37,595 nucleotides of DNA from Roseomonas sp. (lineage in GTDB: Bacteria; Pseudomonadota; Alphaproteobacteria; Acetobacterales; Acetobacteraceae). How positions within the stretch are numbered: the stretch's first letter is position 1; each line of letters begins with the position of its first letter. The notes below the pieces were generated by a model. It made no database searches, was not told the origin of the DNA, and saw only the letters and a list, made by a program, of their open reading frames with translations. A program made the translations under genes and the position numbers. The stretch lies in NCBI GenBank assembly GCA_036563555.1, contig DATCMG010000529.1:1-37595 (forward strand). Direction: 5' to 3'. Positions 9,036 through 17,434 of the stretch are shown piece after piece.

Positions 9036-9442
9036 TCAGCCCTGTTTTGACCGTTGGGGGACACCCTCTGGCAGTGGCACCCAATCGCACTTCTGTTCAG
9101 TCCAGACCGCGACATGGGGGGCGGGGAAGTCGGTACTGGCGAAGGCTCCAACTGCCACCGCGATTCTCTCGGGCCACAGGTCCAATTTCCAGTACACCGT
9201 GGAGCCGCATTCCGGGCAGAAGACCAATTCCATGCTCCGGCCAGCATCCGAGGTCCGCCGGGAACGCTTAGAGACGCCTTCAGGCCTCACCTGCTCCTGG
9301 CCGAAGTAGGCAGCCACGCCGTAGACGCTGCCCGTACGCCTTTGGCACTGCGTACAGTTGCAGAGCACTACCCTCCACGGTTCTCCCCTTCGCAGGTGGC
9401 CCGGAGCCGGCCGCAGGCACAGGTAGCAGTGCGGGTCAGCAT
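9036..9442 (-). pseudogene. GFA/CENP-V family zinc protein, frameshifted
   Basis: ATG 9442 gives MLTRTATCACGRLRATCEG then a stop; the frame EPWRVVLCNCTQCQRRTG...FCPECGS continues after 2 extra bases near 9383-9390. Confidence 0.8.
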
Positions 9443-9615
9443 GAGCAGTTCCCTCCGGCGTGGAGCCGCCGCCGGCGACGTTAGCAGCGAGCCTGCTTGG
9501 AAAGGACTGGGTAATGGTCCTGCTCAGGGACTAACTGGCCCAGAGCGCGCCGAGGGAACGCACCCAATCGACAATAATTTTTAGCTCGCATAACGTTTCG
9601 CGAAAGACACGGGAC

Positions 9616-9870
9616 GTGATGGTGGAACGACGGCACCTGAGCAGGCGACGCAGGATCGAGGAAGCGGAGATCACCTTCGATCACACCTCTCTCAAGGTCA
9701 TGCTTCTTGACCTCTCAGACACGGGCGCGCGGGTCACCCTCTACACCCCCTCGGATGTGCCGGAGGTGGTGTCGCTACGGCTCCCCGATGGGTCCATTCG
9801 TGTCGCGTGCCGCCGCTGGCAGCGGAATGATGAGGTTGGGTTCGAGTTCCTGACGCCCATCGCGGCGTAG
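9616..9870 (+). CDS. stand-alone PilZ domain protein
   Basis: ERRHLSR (RxxxR) and DLSDTGA (DxSxxG) motifs; RWQRNDEVGFEF. Confidence 0.85.
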   Translation: MMVERRHLSRRRRIEEAEITFDHTSLKVMLLDLSDTGARVTLYTPSDVPEVVSLRLPDGSIRVACRRWQRNDEVGFEFLTPIAA

Positions 9871-10170
9871 CGTCCCAACCTCCTGTCCATGCCCAGCTGG
9901 TATCCGGCAACCATTGTTCCGGACCGAAGGGGCCGGAATAGGCTGCCCCATGGACGCCAGCGAGCCCCCTGCCCCGCCCGGATCCCTGCGGCTGCACACC
10001 AGCCTACTGGGCGACCTCCTCGTGACCGGCTGGTGGAAATGGCGGTGCTACTTTGCCCTGAATCGCCGGTAACTGCCATTACCATGCACCAGAAAGGAGC
10101 GGTTGGCGGGTCGGAAGGAAGTTCGAAGACGCGCTTCGCAATTTTATTTGGGCCCGACCCAATTTACTCA

Positions 10171-10199
10171 TTGACCAATATCCTCGCTTCCCCTAAGTA
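10171..10199 (+). promoter_or_regulatory. sigma70-type promoter, probably giving a leaderless mRNA
   Basis: TTGACC-N17-TAAGTA, 6 nt before ATG 10206; no SD; AT-rich upstream region. Confidence 0.55.
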
Positions 10200-10205
10200 C
10201 CTTCC

Positions 10206-11129
10206 ATGAGCAATGGTGGCCCCGAGTTTCGTGCCGCATTGACCGCCCTCGGTTTTTCCGAGGCTCGGGCGGAAGCTACCATCCGCTATCTTGGCGAAAA
10301 TGGTGAGGTACTCCGGGGCGGGCGGGGCCGTCGTCGCAAAGACGACCGTGCGTGGGCGGCCAGGGACTATGCCGTCACGATCCTTGGGCTTGGCGCCATC
10401 AAACCGATTGACGCTCCGTCTGTAGCAAGGGCTTTAGGGGAGCTTAGACATACCGCCTCCAGCCTCCACACCACCATTCGGAATGATGTCGGCGAAGTTA
10501 CCGCCATTCAACAGGTTCCGGACCGCATCGTTGATGTGTCTCTTCGGTCTGTGTTGGCGGCGCAAATGGAACTTTTGGCCGAGAATACGACCGAGGAACG
10601 GCAGGTGCTGCGTCAGGCTGCACAGGGTCTCTTCATTCGCCTTGATGCTGACCGTCTTGAGGCTTCTGTCCCCTTCCAGTTTGCAGGCGATGTATGGGGG
10701 TTGGACCAGTTTGGCCCCCCGCAACCCAACCTGCTTCTCCCTGAGCCTCCCCGACTGTCTTGGGGCTTCGAGGTGAAGCTGGAAATTGAGATCGTCTTCA
10801 TTGCTGCCGACCTGCTGGCCGAGACTAGGGCCCAGCGGAACGGCGGCTTACTGCCGCCCAAGGGTGAGGAGCCGACGAGCAACTCCGATCCCAAAGACGG
10901 CGCCCATCATGAATACAACGACGCCTCGGACCCTGGCAGGTCCGAGGCGTCTAGTTGTGCTCGTGATGGTACTACCCAGTCGCACCTTACTCATGCGTCC
11001 AGGCCGTCAGACAGCCTGCATGGTAAGGAAAACGGGAATTTCGCACAATCGCGAATTTCCGTGAGCGGCTGGTCCCCCGAAATCGCTCGTCAGAGGACCA
11101 CCCCGAAATGCCCGCCCTTGATGGCCTGA
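10206..11129 (+). CDS. hypothetical protein, first gene of the replication operon (possible N-terminal DNA-binding domain)
   Basis: 307 aa ORF with upstream promoter; basic GGRGRRRK segment; low-complexity C-terminus overlapping hairpins. Confidence 0.6.
   Translation: MSNGGPEFRAALTALGFSEARAEATIRYLGENGEVLRGGRGRRRKDDRAWAARDYAVTILGLGAIKPIDAPSVARALGELRHTASSLHTTIRNDVGEVTAIQQVPDRIVDVSLRSVLAAQMELLAENTTEERQVLRQAAQGLFIRLDADRLEASVPFQFAGDVWGLDQFGPPQPNLLLPEPPRLSWGFEVKLEIEIVFIAADLLAETRAQRNGGLLPPKGEEPTSNSDPKDGAHHEYNDASDPGRSEASSCARDGTTQSHLTHASRPSDSLHGKENGNFAQSRISVSGWSPEIARQRTTPKCPPLMA
10912..11048 (-). ncRNA. candidate antisense RNA 1 (promoter plus terminator)
   Basis: Minus-strand TTGTGC (11048-11043)-N17-TACCAT (11025-11020); perfect 13-bp hairpin 10920-10951 followed by GTTGTATT. 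Confidence 0.5.
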
Positions 11130-11410
11130 TCCCCCTTCCGGCCGTGCCCGCCGCTGTCCTGAAACTAACCGGGACCGAAACAGACCCCATCGCCCGCGCC
11201 TCCGTGCGTGAGCGCCGGGTGCGTGCCGTCGTCGCCCAGCAACCGGACCTTGCTGCCCGGATCGGCGGGCGCCTGTTTGTGCTGGACCAGGAACCGAAGC
11301 TGCGCGCCATCGCCGCGGCCCTGGGGCTCACGCTCCCGACGTCCGCGGCGAAGCCCTCCCGTGCCCATCGCGCCTCGTCCTCCAACGGTGAGGCGGCGGT
11401 CGCGGCCTGA
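11108..11410 (+). CDS. hypothetical protein
   Basis: RBS AGAGGA; overlaps the previous stop; ends in EAAVAA as is typical of phage/satellite operon genes. Confidence 0.6.
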   Translation: MPALDGLIPLPAVPAAVLKLTGTETDPIARASVRERRVRAVVAQQPDLAARIGGRLFVLDQEPKLRAIAAALGLTLPTSAAKPSRAHRASSSNGEAAVAA

Positions 11411-11420
11411 AAAGGCCAGC

Positions 11421-11545
11421 TTAAAATGCCGCCGCCCACCCCCGGCCTGTCAGGGCCGAAGATGGGCGGGGCGGTACTGCTACAGGGATAATGCGACAAC
11501 TCTACACGCCCAACTGAAATAGCAGTTCTGCCAAGGTCATTTCAA
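11421..11545 (-). ncRNA. candidate antisense RNA 2 (promoter plus terminator)
   Basis: Minus-strand TTGAAA (11545-11540)-N18-TATTTC with extended TG; GC hairpin ~11429-11474 followed by CATTTTAA. Confidence 0.45.
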
Positions 11546-11579
11546 GTCCAGCGACCGTCGCCCGCGAGGGAGGCGAGAC

Positions 11580-12146
11580 ATGCGCTTTTCGTCCCATAAT
11601 AACCGCAGCGGCTATGCACCTCGCCCCGGTGTTGCCTGCCTCGATCAGCCTGGGCAGATCTCCAAGCTGATCGCTGCCCTCGACGGCACCGGCCATGCCT
11701 TTGCCCTGCCACTCTACCGAGCCGCCCTGGCGGGCGAACTGGCAATGGCGGCTCTCCTGCCCGGCGGGCGCGTGCCGACCCGCCTGTTGGACCACACTCG
11801 CCCGCCGACTGTGATCGTGGTCTCGGGCGATCCCGCTAATCCGACCGAAGCAGCCTCCCCTCCCGAGGCGTTCCCCCAGGCGCGTCGCCTGCTGGCTTGG
11901 TCCGCCTCCGTCATGCTCCATGCAACTGGCGGGAAGGAGGCTCATTATCGGGCGGTCGTGGCCGGGGCGAAAGCCTGGCGCCGGGTCCTGCTGATCGAGA
12001 CGGCGACCTCGCAGGAAGATGCATGGCTTGCCTTGGTAGAGGCTGAACGTGAGCGCCGCCTGGCTTCCGGCCGCGTCTTCCCGGCGGTCTGCATCAGCGC
12101 CCGTCCCCGCGGTGGCGTGCATCCCGTGTGGGGGACGCAGGCATGA
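11580..12146 (+). CDS. hypothetical protein
   Basis: RBS GGAGG; 188 aa; ATGA-coupled to the next gene. Confidence 0.7.
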   Translation: MRFSSHNNRSGYAPRPGVACLDQPGQISKLIAALDGTGHAFALPLYRAALAGELAMAALLPGGRVPTRLLDHTRPPTVIVVSGDPANPTEAASPPEAFPQARRLLAWSASVMLHATGGKEAHYRAVVAGAKAWRRVLLIETATSQEDAWLALVEAERERRLASGRVFPAVCISARPRGGVHPVWGTQA

Positions 12147-12328
12147 GCCCCGCCCCTATCCGCCTGACGCTTCTGCCGGACTTGCCGAATGCTGACGGCG
12201 AGCCGCGCGCCGGCTTGGTCCTGCCGCTCCCCCCTAACTCCACCTCCAGGCGCGCTGCCCTCGCGATCTTTCCCAGCGTGACTGCTGCACTGATGGAGAA
12301 GGTGCGACTGGAAGGGGGCGCGGCATGA
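12143..12328 (+). CDS. small hypothetical protein
   Basis: ATGA overlaps at both ends (12143-12146, 12325-12328); ends in GGAA. Confidence 0.65.
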   Translation: MSPAPIRLTLLPDLPNADGEPRAGLVLPLPPNSTSRRAALAIFPSVTAALMEKVRLEGGAA

Positions 12329-12663
12329 GCGGCTTGAGCGCTCCTCCTCCCTTCCGCCCTGTAGGCGATGTTTTAACCGAGGTGGTGCAGCGCGCGGCAG
12401 AAGCGGTGATGGTCGAGCGGGTATCCGTTCGGCCGATCCGTGCCGGGTTCGCCTATGCGTCAATCCGGCTGCGGGACGTGTCTCTCAACGGCATCGAGGC
12501 GACGCGCGATACCTCTGGCCGCGTCACCTTAAAGTGCCCGATGCAGCGCGATCGCCATGGCCGTGAGTGGCCGGTCTTCGCGCTGCAGCCCCGTGCCTTA
12601 GAGGCTGCCACCGCCGCGGTCGCCGCGGTCTGGCCGCCCCCCAATTGCGGGGGCGCCGGTTGA
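12325..12663 (+). CDS. SpoVG-like nucleic-acid-binding protein (possible SSB)
   Basis: Pattern AYASIRLRDVSLNGIEA...VTLKCPMQRDRHGREWPV resembles SpoVG beta-strand order; TTGA-coupled to the primase. Confidence 0.5.
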   Translation: MSGLSAPPPFRPVGDVLTEVVQRAAEAVMVERVSVRPIRAGFAYASIRLRDVSLNGIEATRDTSGRVTLKCPMQRDRHGREWPVFALQPRALEAATAAVAAVWPPPNCGGAG

Positions 12664-15600
12664 CCGAAACCATCACGATCTTCCGGACTACCCCGACCCC
12701 CCAGGGGGCGCCGCGCTACGCCACGAAGCAGTGGATGTGGTCGGCCTCCTCTGGGAGTTGGAGCAAGTTTTCCTACGATGCTGGTGCGCAATTCACGGCC
12801 GAGGAGCGCCAAGTGGCGTGCCTCGTGGATGTGGCTTCGGTGGTGGAGGACAGCCGTCACGACCCCCGCGTTTTTGTCGTGCGCGGCAAACTGCTGCCCG
12901 AGGCGCTCGCGGCTCTGGCGGAAAACCCGCAGTATCGGTTCCGGCGGGCCAAGAAGGTCAGCAAAACCGGCAAGGCGGCGACGCTGGCCGAGGTGGCCCG
13001 TCGCTGGGTGATGATCGACATCGACGGGTATCCCATGCGGGATTCCGCCGATCTCGCCACAGATCCGGAAGAGGTCATCGAAAGCGCTATCCGCGACCTG
13101 CTACCACCCTGCTTCCATGACGCGGCTTGCTTCTGGCAGCTCTCCAGCTCGGCAGGGTTCGTGGCCGGTGTCCTCAAGGTTCACTTGTTCTTCTGGCTCG
13201 CGGAACCGATCAGCAACGAGGACTTCAAGCTCTTCCTGCACGTTCATGCCCCCGGCGTGGACCGCGCTCCCTTCAACGCTGCTCAACCCCATTACATTGC
13301 GGATCCTGTCATTGAAGGTGGCCACGATCCGCTCCCCCGCCGGACAGGCTGGATCAAGGGGCTGGATGATGAGGTGACGCTCCCGGCACTGGACTTGGCC
13401 GCACTGCGGGCAGCCATCCATAAGCGCCGGGAAAAGGTCGCGACCGGCGCCGGCCTCGATCCCTTCGCTGCTCGCACTGTGGCGGGCGCGCTGGCGCTCC
13501 TGGGCGATGGTGAGGGGCGTGAGGGGTGGCACTCTCCGCTGCGCCGGGCCACCCTGCTTTATGCGTACCAGACTTCGCCCAAGAACCGAGACGACGATGC
13601 AGTAAAGGTCGCGTGCCGGGACGCGATCCAGGCTGCGGCAGAGCGCGAGCCGGGGCAGCACGCGGCGGCCGACCTCGCCCGGTTCGGCTCCGACGCTTAC
13701 TTGGATTCTTTGCTCGATGGCGCCTTCGCCTGGATCGATGCCACCAAGCGCGAGATGCCGGAAGGCGTTGTCCCCTATCACGAGGCGCCCGCACACAGCG
13801 TTGAGGACGCGCGCGGCGCCATCACTGGGCAGGTCGGGGATTTCCTGACGGCGGCGACGGCCTGGCACAACCTGCCCGAGGAGAAGCGGATTGATCCGCC
13901 TCAAGTTGGACTTGCGATCGAGGTTGGAGGTGGGAAGTCCACCGTCACCCGGGCCGAGGTAAGCCCCTGGTCCGAGCAGCAGGAAGCGGCGCGACTTCCC
14001 CACCGTGTTCTCTTCGGCGTGCCAACCGTGAAGCTGGGCGGCTTGGCTGAGCAGGCGGAATCGCACTTCGCGGACATGCCTGGCCGGAAGGTGGCCATCC
14101 ATCGCGGGCGCAGTCAGGTCGATCCCAAGAATCCGGATCAGAAAATGTGCGCCGATTTGGATGCCGTGAAGCTGGCGGTCTCGGCCGGAGAAAGTGTCGA
14201 AACCGCTGTGTGCGGCAGCGGCAAGGACGGGAAGCCCTCATGCCCCTTCCGGAAGGGCGAGAACCAATGCGGCTACTACCGCCAGCAGAAGGCGGTTGCC
14301 GAGGCGGATGTGGTGATCGCGGCGCACGAAGCAGTCTTCCATATGCCCGCTGGCGTGAAGAAGAACCTGGGCCTGGTCGTGATGGACGAGGCCTGGTGGC
14401 AAGACGGGGTGAAGACTGGCCGCTTTGTCTTCGTGGATGACCTGATCGACAGCGTGAAAATGTTCCCCGTGCTGAAGCATACGCCGGGCGGGCAGCAGAT
14501 TCCTGACCGGGAGGGAACGGGGGATCTCCTCCAATTCCGCGAGCAATTAGCGCATGTGCTGTCGGCGGCACCGGAGGGGTATCTGCAGGCCAGTGCTCTG
14601 CGCGCAGTCGGGCTGACCGCGGCCGATTGCGCTGCGGCAGCCGGACTGGAGTGGAAGCGCAAGCGGGAGAAACTGATGCGCCCGGGCATGTCGCCCGAGG
14701 ACCGCCGCGCTGCAGCCGCGGAGGCCGGCATCAACGCGCAGATCGTCCGCCTCGCGGGCATGTGGTCGACCCTGGAGGAGTTGCTGGCAAGCGGGGCGGA
14801 GGCCACCGGCCGTGCCGAGATGGCGTGGCAGCAGGACCGTGAAGGGAAAGACCGCTGGGCCATCTGCCTCAACACCTTGGACAAGGTGGTGGCGCCTGTC
14901 CTGGGCGTGCCGGTGCTGCTGCTGGACGCAACAATGCCAACGGGTCTCGTGCGGGCCTATCTGCCACGCCTTGAGGCAGCTCCTCCGGTGCGGGTGAAGG
15001 CTCCTTTTATGGAGGTGCGCCAGGTCCGCGGCGGCTGGGGGAAGACCACGCTCCTGCCTGGGCGGATCACGATCAAACTGGACGAGCACGCGCAACCCAA
15101 GGCCTACGCGCCCGGGGATACGACACCCCGCCCCCTGCCCTCCACGCTGGCCGAGTTGCGGGATTTTGTGGCGGGAGAGACCCGTGGCGAGCCCGCCCTC
15201 GTCGTCACCTACCAGGACGCCGAAGCCGCCTTCGCTGGGCTGTCAGGGGTGGAGACGGCACACTTCAACGACGTCGCCGGTAAGGATGGGTGGAAGGATG
15301 TCCGGTATCTTTTCGTCATCGGCCGTCCCCGCCCCCGTTCCGACCAGGTGCGGGTGCTGGCAGCCGCCCTGACGGGTGAGCCGGTCGAAGTCGCGGAGAG
15401 CCACAAGGAAACGCGCGGCGTCCGGCTGGTGGACGGGAAAAGCGGCACTGTCGAGGTCCGCGCTTATGCCAACCCGGCCGCTGAGGCGGTGTCCGCCGCC
15501 ATCACCGACGCCGAGGTGATCCAGGCGATCGGCCGCGCCAGGGGCATCAACCGCACCGCGTTCAACCCTGTCCGGGTCTGGATCCTGGCGGACGTGGTGA

Positions 15601-16289
15601 CACCCTTGATCGTGGATGAGCTGCTGGATTGGCGCGATATCGCCCCTTCGGTGGTGGAGCGGATGGCCTGCCGGGGGATCTTCCTGACGAGCCCAGCTGA
15701 TGCCGCCAAGGCTTACTCCGACCTGTTCCCGACTATTGAAGCCGCGAAGAAGGCGCTGCAGCGGGGAGGAGTCGCTAAGGCCGATTTCGGGGACAATCCC
15801 CTAAGAATATCTCTTCTTAGGAGAATGTCCCCGAAATCCCCTCTGAGGTTCACCTACCGCCCCCCTGGAAGGGGACAGCAGACGCGCCAGGGCTGGGCGC
15901 GGCCCGAGATGGATCCGGAGGATGTCTGGCGCTTCCTGGAAGATCACCTGGGAGAGATGGCCGTCTTCACCCCGGAGGAACCGGAGCCTGAGCCTCCTGA
16001 GCCGCCCCAGCCGCCGGGAGGGCAGCCCTGCCCCTCTGACGAACCGCCGGAAGGGTCACCAGAGCCTGCTGAGGCGCCTGGAGGGGTCGGGAGCCCTGTC
16101 GGGGTGCCGATCCGGGTGCCAGCGGGCTCCGTGGTGCTGGATGAGGCTGAGTTCGAGCCGGCGGGCGGGTTCTGTGCGGTCCCGGGTGGGGTGCCCTTGG
16201 GCCGGTTCCCGGAGGATCCCCCGGTCACGCTGCGACCACACAACACGCCCAAATCAGAGGGATTCAACGAACGTCATGCGTGGAAATAG
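12660..16289 (+). CDS. AEP primase fused to SF2 (DinG/XPD-like) helicase; putative replication protein
   Basis: AEP motifs WVMIDIDG, SSS...KVHLFFWL, VDRAPF; helicase GGGKST, VVMDE, LLLDAT, QAIGRAR; four Cys (KMC, AVC, SCPF, QCGY) between motifs I and II; TTG start coupled to the upstream stop. Confidence 0.8.
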   Translation: MTETITIFRTTPTPQGAPRYATKQWMWSASSGSWSKFSYDAGAQFTAEERQVACLVDVASVVEDSRHDPRVFVVRGKLLPEALAALAENPQYRFRRAKKVSKTGKAATLAEVARRWVMIDIDGYPMRDSADLATDPEEVIESAIRDLLPPCFHDAACFWQLSSSAGFVAGVLKVHLFFWLAEPISNEDFKLFLHVHAPGVDRAPFNAAQPHYIADPVIEGGHDPLPRRTGWIKGLDDEVTLPALDLAALRAAIHKRREKVATGAGLDPFAARTVAGALALLGDGEGREGWHSPLRRATLLYAYQTSPKNRDDDAVKVACRDAIQAAAEREPGQHAAADLARFGSDAYLDSLLDGAFAWIDATKREMPEGVVPYHEAPAHSVEDARGAITGQVGDFLTAATAWHNLPEEKRIDPPQVGLAIEVGGGKSTVTRAEVSPWSEQQEAARLPHRVLFGVPTVKLGGLAEQAESHFADMPGRKVAIHRGRSQVDPKNPDQKMCADLDAVKLAVSAGESVETAVCGSGKDGKPSCPFRKGENQCGYYRQQKAVAEADVVIAAHEAVFHMPAGVKKNLGLVVMDEAWWQDGVKTGRFVFVDDLIDSVKMFPVLKHTPGGQQIPDREGTGDLLQFREQLAHVLSAAPEGYLQASALRAVGLTAADCAAAAGLEWKRKREKLMRPGMSPEDRRAAAAEAGINAQIVRLAGMWSTLEELLASGAEATGRAEMAWQQDREGKDRWAICLNTLDKVVAPVLGVPVLLLDATMPTGLVRAYLPRLEAAPPVRVKAPFMEVRQVRGGWGKTTLLPGRITIKLDEHAQPKAYAPGDTTPRPLPSTLAELRDFVAGETRGEPALVVTYQDAEAAFAGLSGVETAHFNDVAGKDGWKDVRYLFVIGRPRPRSDQVRVLAAALTGEPVEVAESHKETRGVRLVDGKSGTVEVRAYANPAAEAVSAAITDAEVIQAIGRARGINRTAFNPVRVWILADVVTPLIVDELLDWRDIAPSVVERMACRGIFLTSPADAAKAYSDLFPTIEAAKKALQRGGVAKADFGDNPLRISLLRRMSPKSPLRFTYRPPGRGQQTRQGWARPEMDPEDVWRFLEDHLGEMAVFTPEEPEPEPPEPPQPPGGQPCPSDEPPEGSPEPAEAPGGVGSPVGVPIRVPAGSVVLDEAEFEPAGGFCAVPGGVPLGRFPEDPPVTLRPHNTPKSEGFNERHAWK
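15783..15838. repeat. long inverted repeat inside the rep gene (origin candidate)
   Basis: GATTTCGGGGACAATCCCCTAAGAA-TATCTC-TTCTTAGGAGAATGTCCCCGAAATC; 23/25 match; AT-rich centre. Confidence 0.8.
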
Positions 16290-16542
16290 CAGGGCGGCGG
16301 AGGATTCTCGCCTGGAGCAGCAGCGGCTACGGGCCGAGCAATATCGCGAGCGGCGCCGTCGCGGGGCCGTCCTCGTCCCTGTCGAGGTCGAGCGGCGCGA
16401 CCTGGCCGCCTTGGAGGGCCTGGGAATGTTGGATCCGGGAGAGCGCGATCCGCAGGCGATTGCGGCGGCCGTGAACCGCTTTCTCGCCGGAGCTGGGGCG
16501 GTTGCGGCACTGGGGGATGTGTGGTGGCCGGTGGCAGAGTAA
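16276..16542 (+). CDS. small basic hypothetical protein (possible DNA-binding)
   Basis: RBS AGAGGGA; RxEQYRERRRRGAVLVPVEV...AIAAAVNRFL. Confidence 0.6.
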   Translation: MRGNSRAAEDSRLEQQRLRAEQYRERRRRGAVLVPVEVERRDLAALEGLGMLDPGERDPQAIAAAVNRFLAGAGAVAALGDVWWPVAE

Positions 16543-16563
16543 GGGGCGTGGAGCTTGCCCATC

Positions 16564-16929
16564 ATGGTTAAGCCCGATGCCGTACCTGCCAACGTCCTCA
16601 TGCCGACTGGCCGAAACTTGCCCAGTGGATGGGCAGCCTTCATTGCGCTGCGCCGACCGGTTGAGGAACCGGCGCCGCGCCGGCATGGCAACACGATCCA
16701 TGGGCGCTACAGTCGCGAGGGGATCGCTACCCGGCGCCAACATAGAGTTCTGTGGCAATGGCTGCGGGACGGCTGCCGAGGCCCCTCACCGCTGCCGCGG
16801 CCGATTGGCTGGAGAGGCTTTCGCGGCACCTTCCGCGCGCGCGCGAGGCCAGGGCGAGAACCTTGGCTGAGACTGAGGCCGACCAGGGCCAGGGCTGGCA
16901 CGAGCCGCCGCGGCCTCGGCGGGACCTGA
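16564..16929 (+). CDS. protein with HGGxSTG-family C-terminal motif
   Basis: HGNTIHGRYSREGIATRR resembles the GNxNxxKHGxYxxE tail of HGGxSTG proteins found beside terminases; Cys/HGG core absent. Confidence 0.4.
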   Translation: MVKPDAVPANVLMPTGRNLPSGWAAFIALRRPVEEPAPRRHGNTIHGRYSREGIATRRQHRVLWQWLRDGCRGPSPLPRPIGWRGFRGTFRARARPGREPWLRLRPTRARAGTSRRGLGGT

Positions 16930-17297
16930 TCGGGCGACCATCGTCTTTCTCGCCCGAAATGGAAGCGCGCATCGTGGACAGGCTGGCAGACGGGGTGCCA
17001 CTGGCCAGGATGTGCCGGGAACCGGGGATGCCGGATCCTGAGACCGTGCGGCGCTGGCGGCGCTCTAACCCCAGCTTTGATGCCCTGTTCCACGTCGCCC
17101 AGGTCGAGGGGTGGCGCGAACTGGCGCAGCGGGTCGTGGAGGACGTGGAGGCGGCGCTGGCGGCCGGCGCATCGGTAGAGCGGGCGCGATTGATGTTCGA
17201 TGCGCGGCGATGGCTGTTAGCGCGCCAGGCGCCGGAGTTTTTCGGGTCCGGGCGGGCGCGGCGTCGCCGCCAGCGGGAGATGGATCGCTCAGCCTGA
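16758..17297 (+). CDS. terS: phage terminase small subunit-like protein (Sf6-type)
   Basis: GRPSSFSPEMEARIVDRLADGVPLARMCREPGMPDPETVRRW...F...ARLMFDARRWLLARQAPEFFG. Confidence 0.8.
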   Translation: MAAGRLPRPLTAAAADWLERLSRHLPRAREARARTLAETEADQGQGWHEPPRPRRDLIGRPSSFSPEMEARIVDRLADGVPLARMCREPGMPDPETVRRWRRSNPSFDALFHVAQVEGWRELAQRVVEDVEAALAAGASVERARLMFDARRWLLARQAPEFFGSGRARRRRQREMDRSA

Positions 17298-17375
17298 GTG
17301 GGGTTTCCCGCAAGTTGCAGGAAACTCGTCTGGAGGGTCGCCCCGGCGGCGGGCGAGAGTTTGAAAAGCCGATAC

Positions 17376-17434
17376 GAATTAAGTCGTAACGAATGGCCAT
17401 TCTGTAGAATTAGATTAGAATTAAGTCGGAACGA
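17376..17434 (+). repeat. AT-rich direct repeat pair
   Basis: GAATTAAGTCGTAACGA (17376-17392) and GAATTAAGTCGGAACGA (17418-17434), 16/17 identical, 42-bp period; partial GAATTA between them. Confidence 0.75.

Noticed and set aside
17376-17434. CRISPR interpretation of the direct repeats
   Set aside because: Only two short 17-bp copies, a 25-bp spacer and no cas genes
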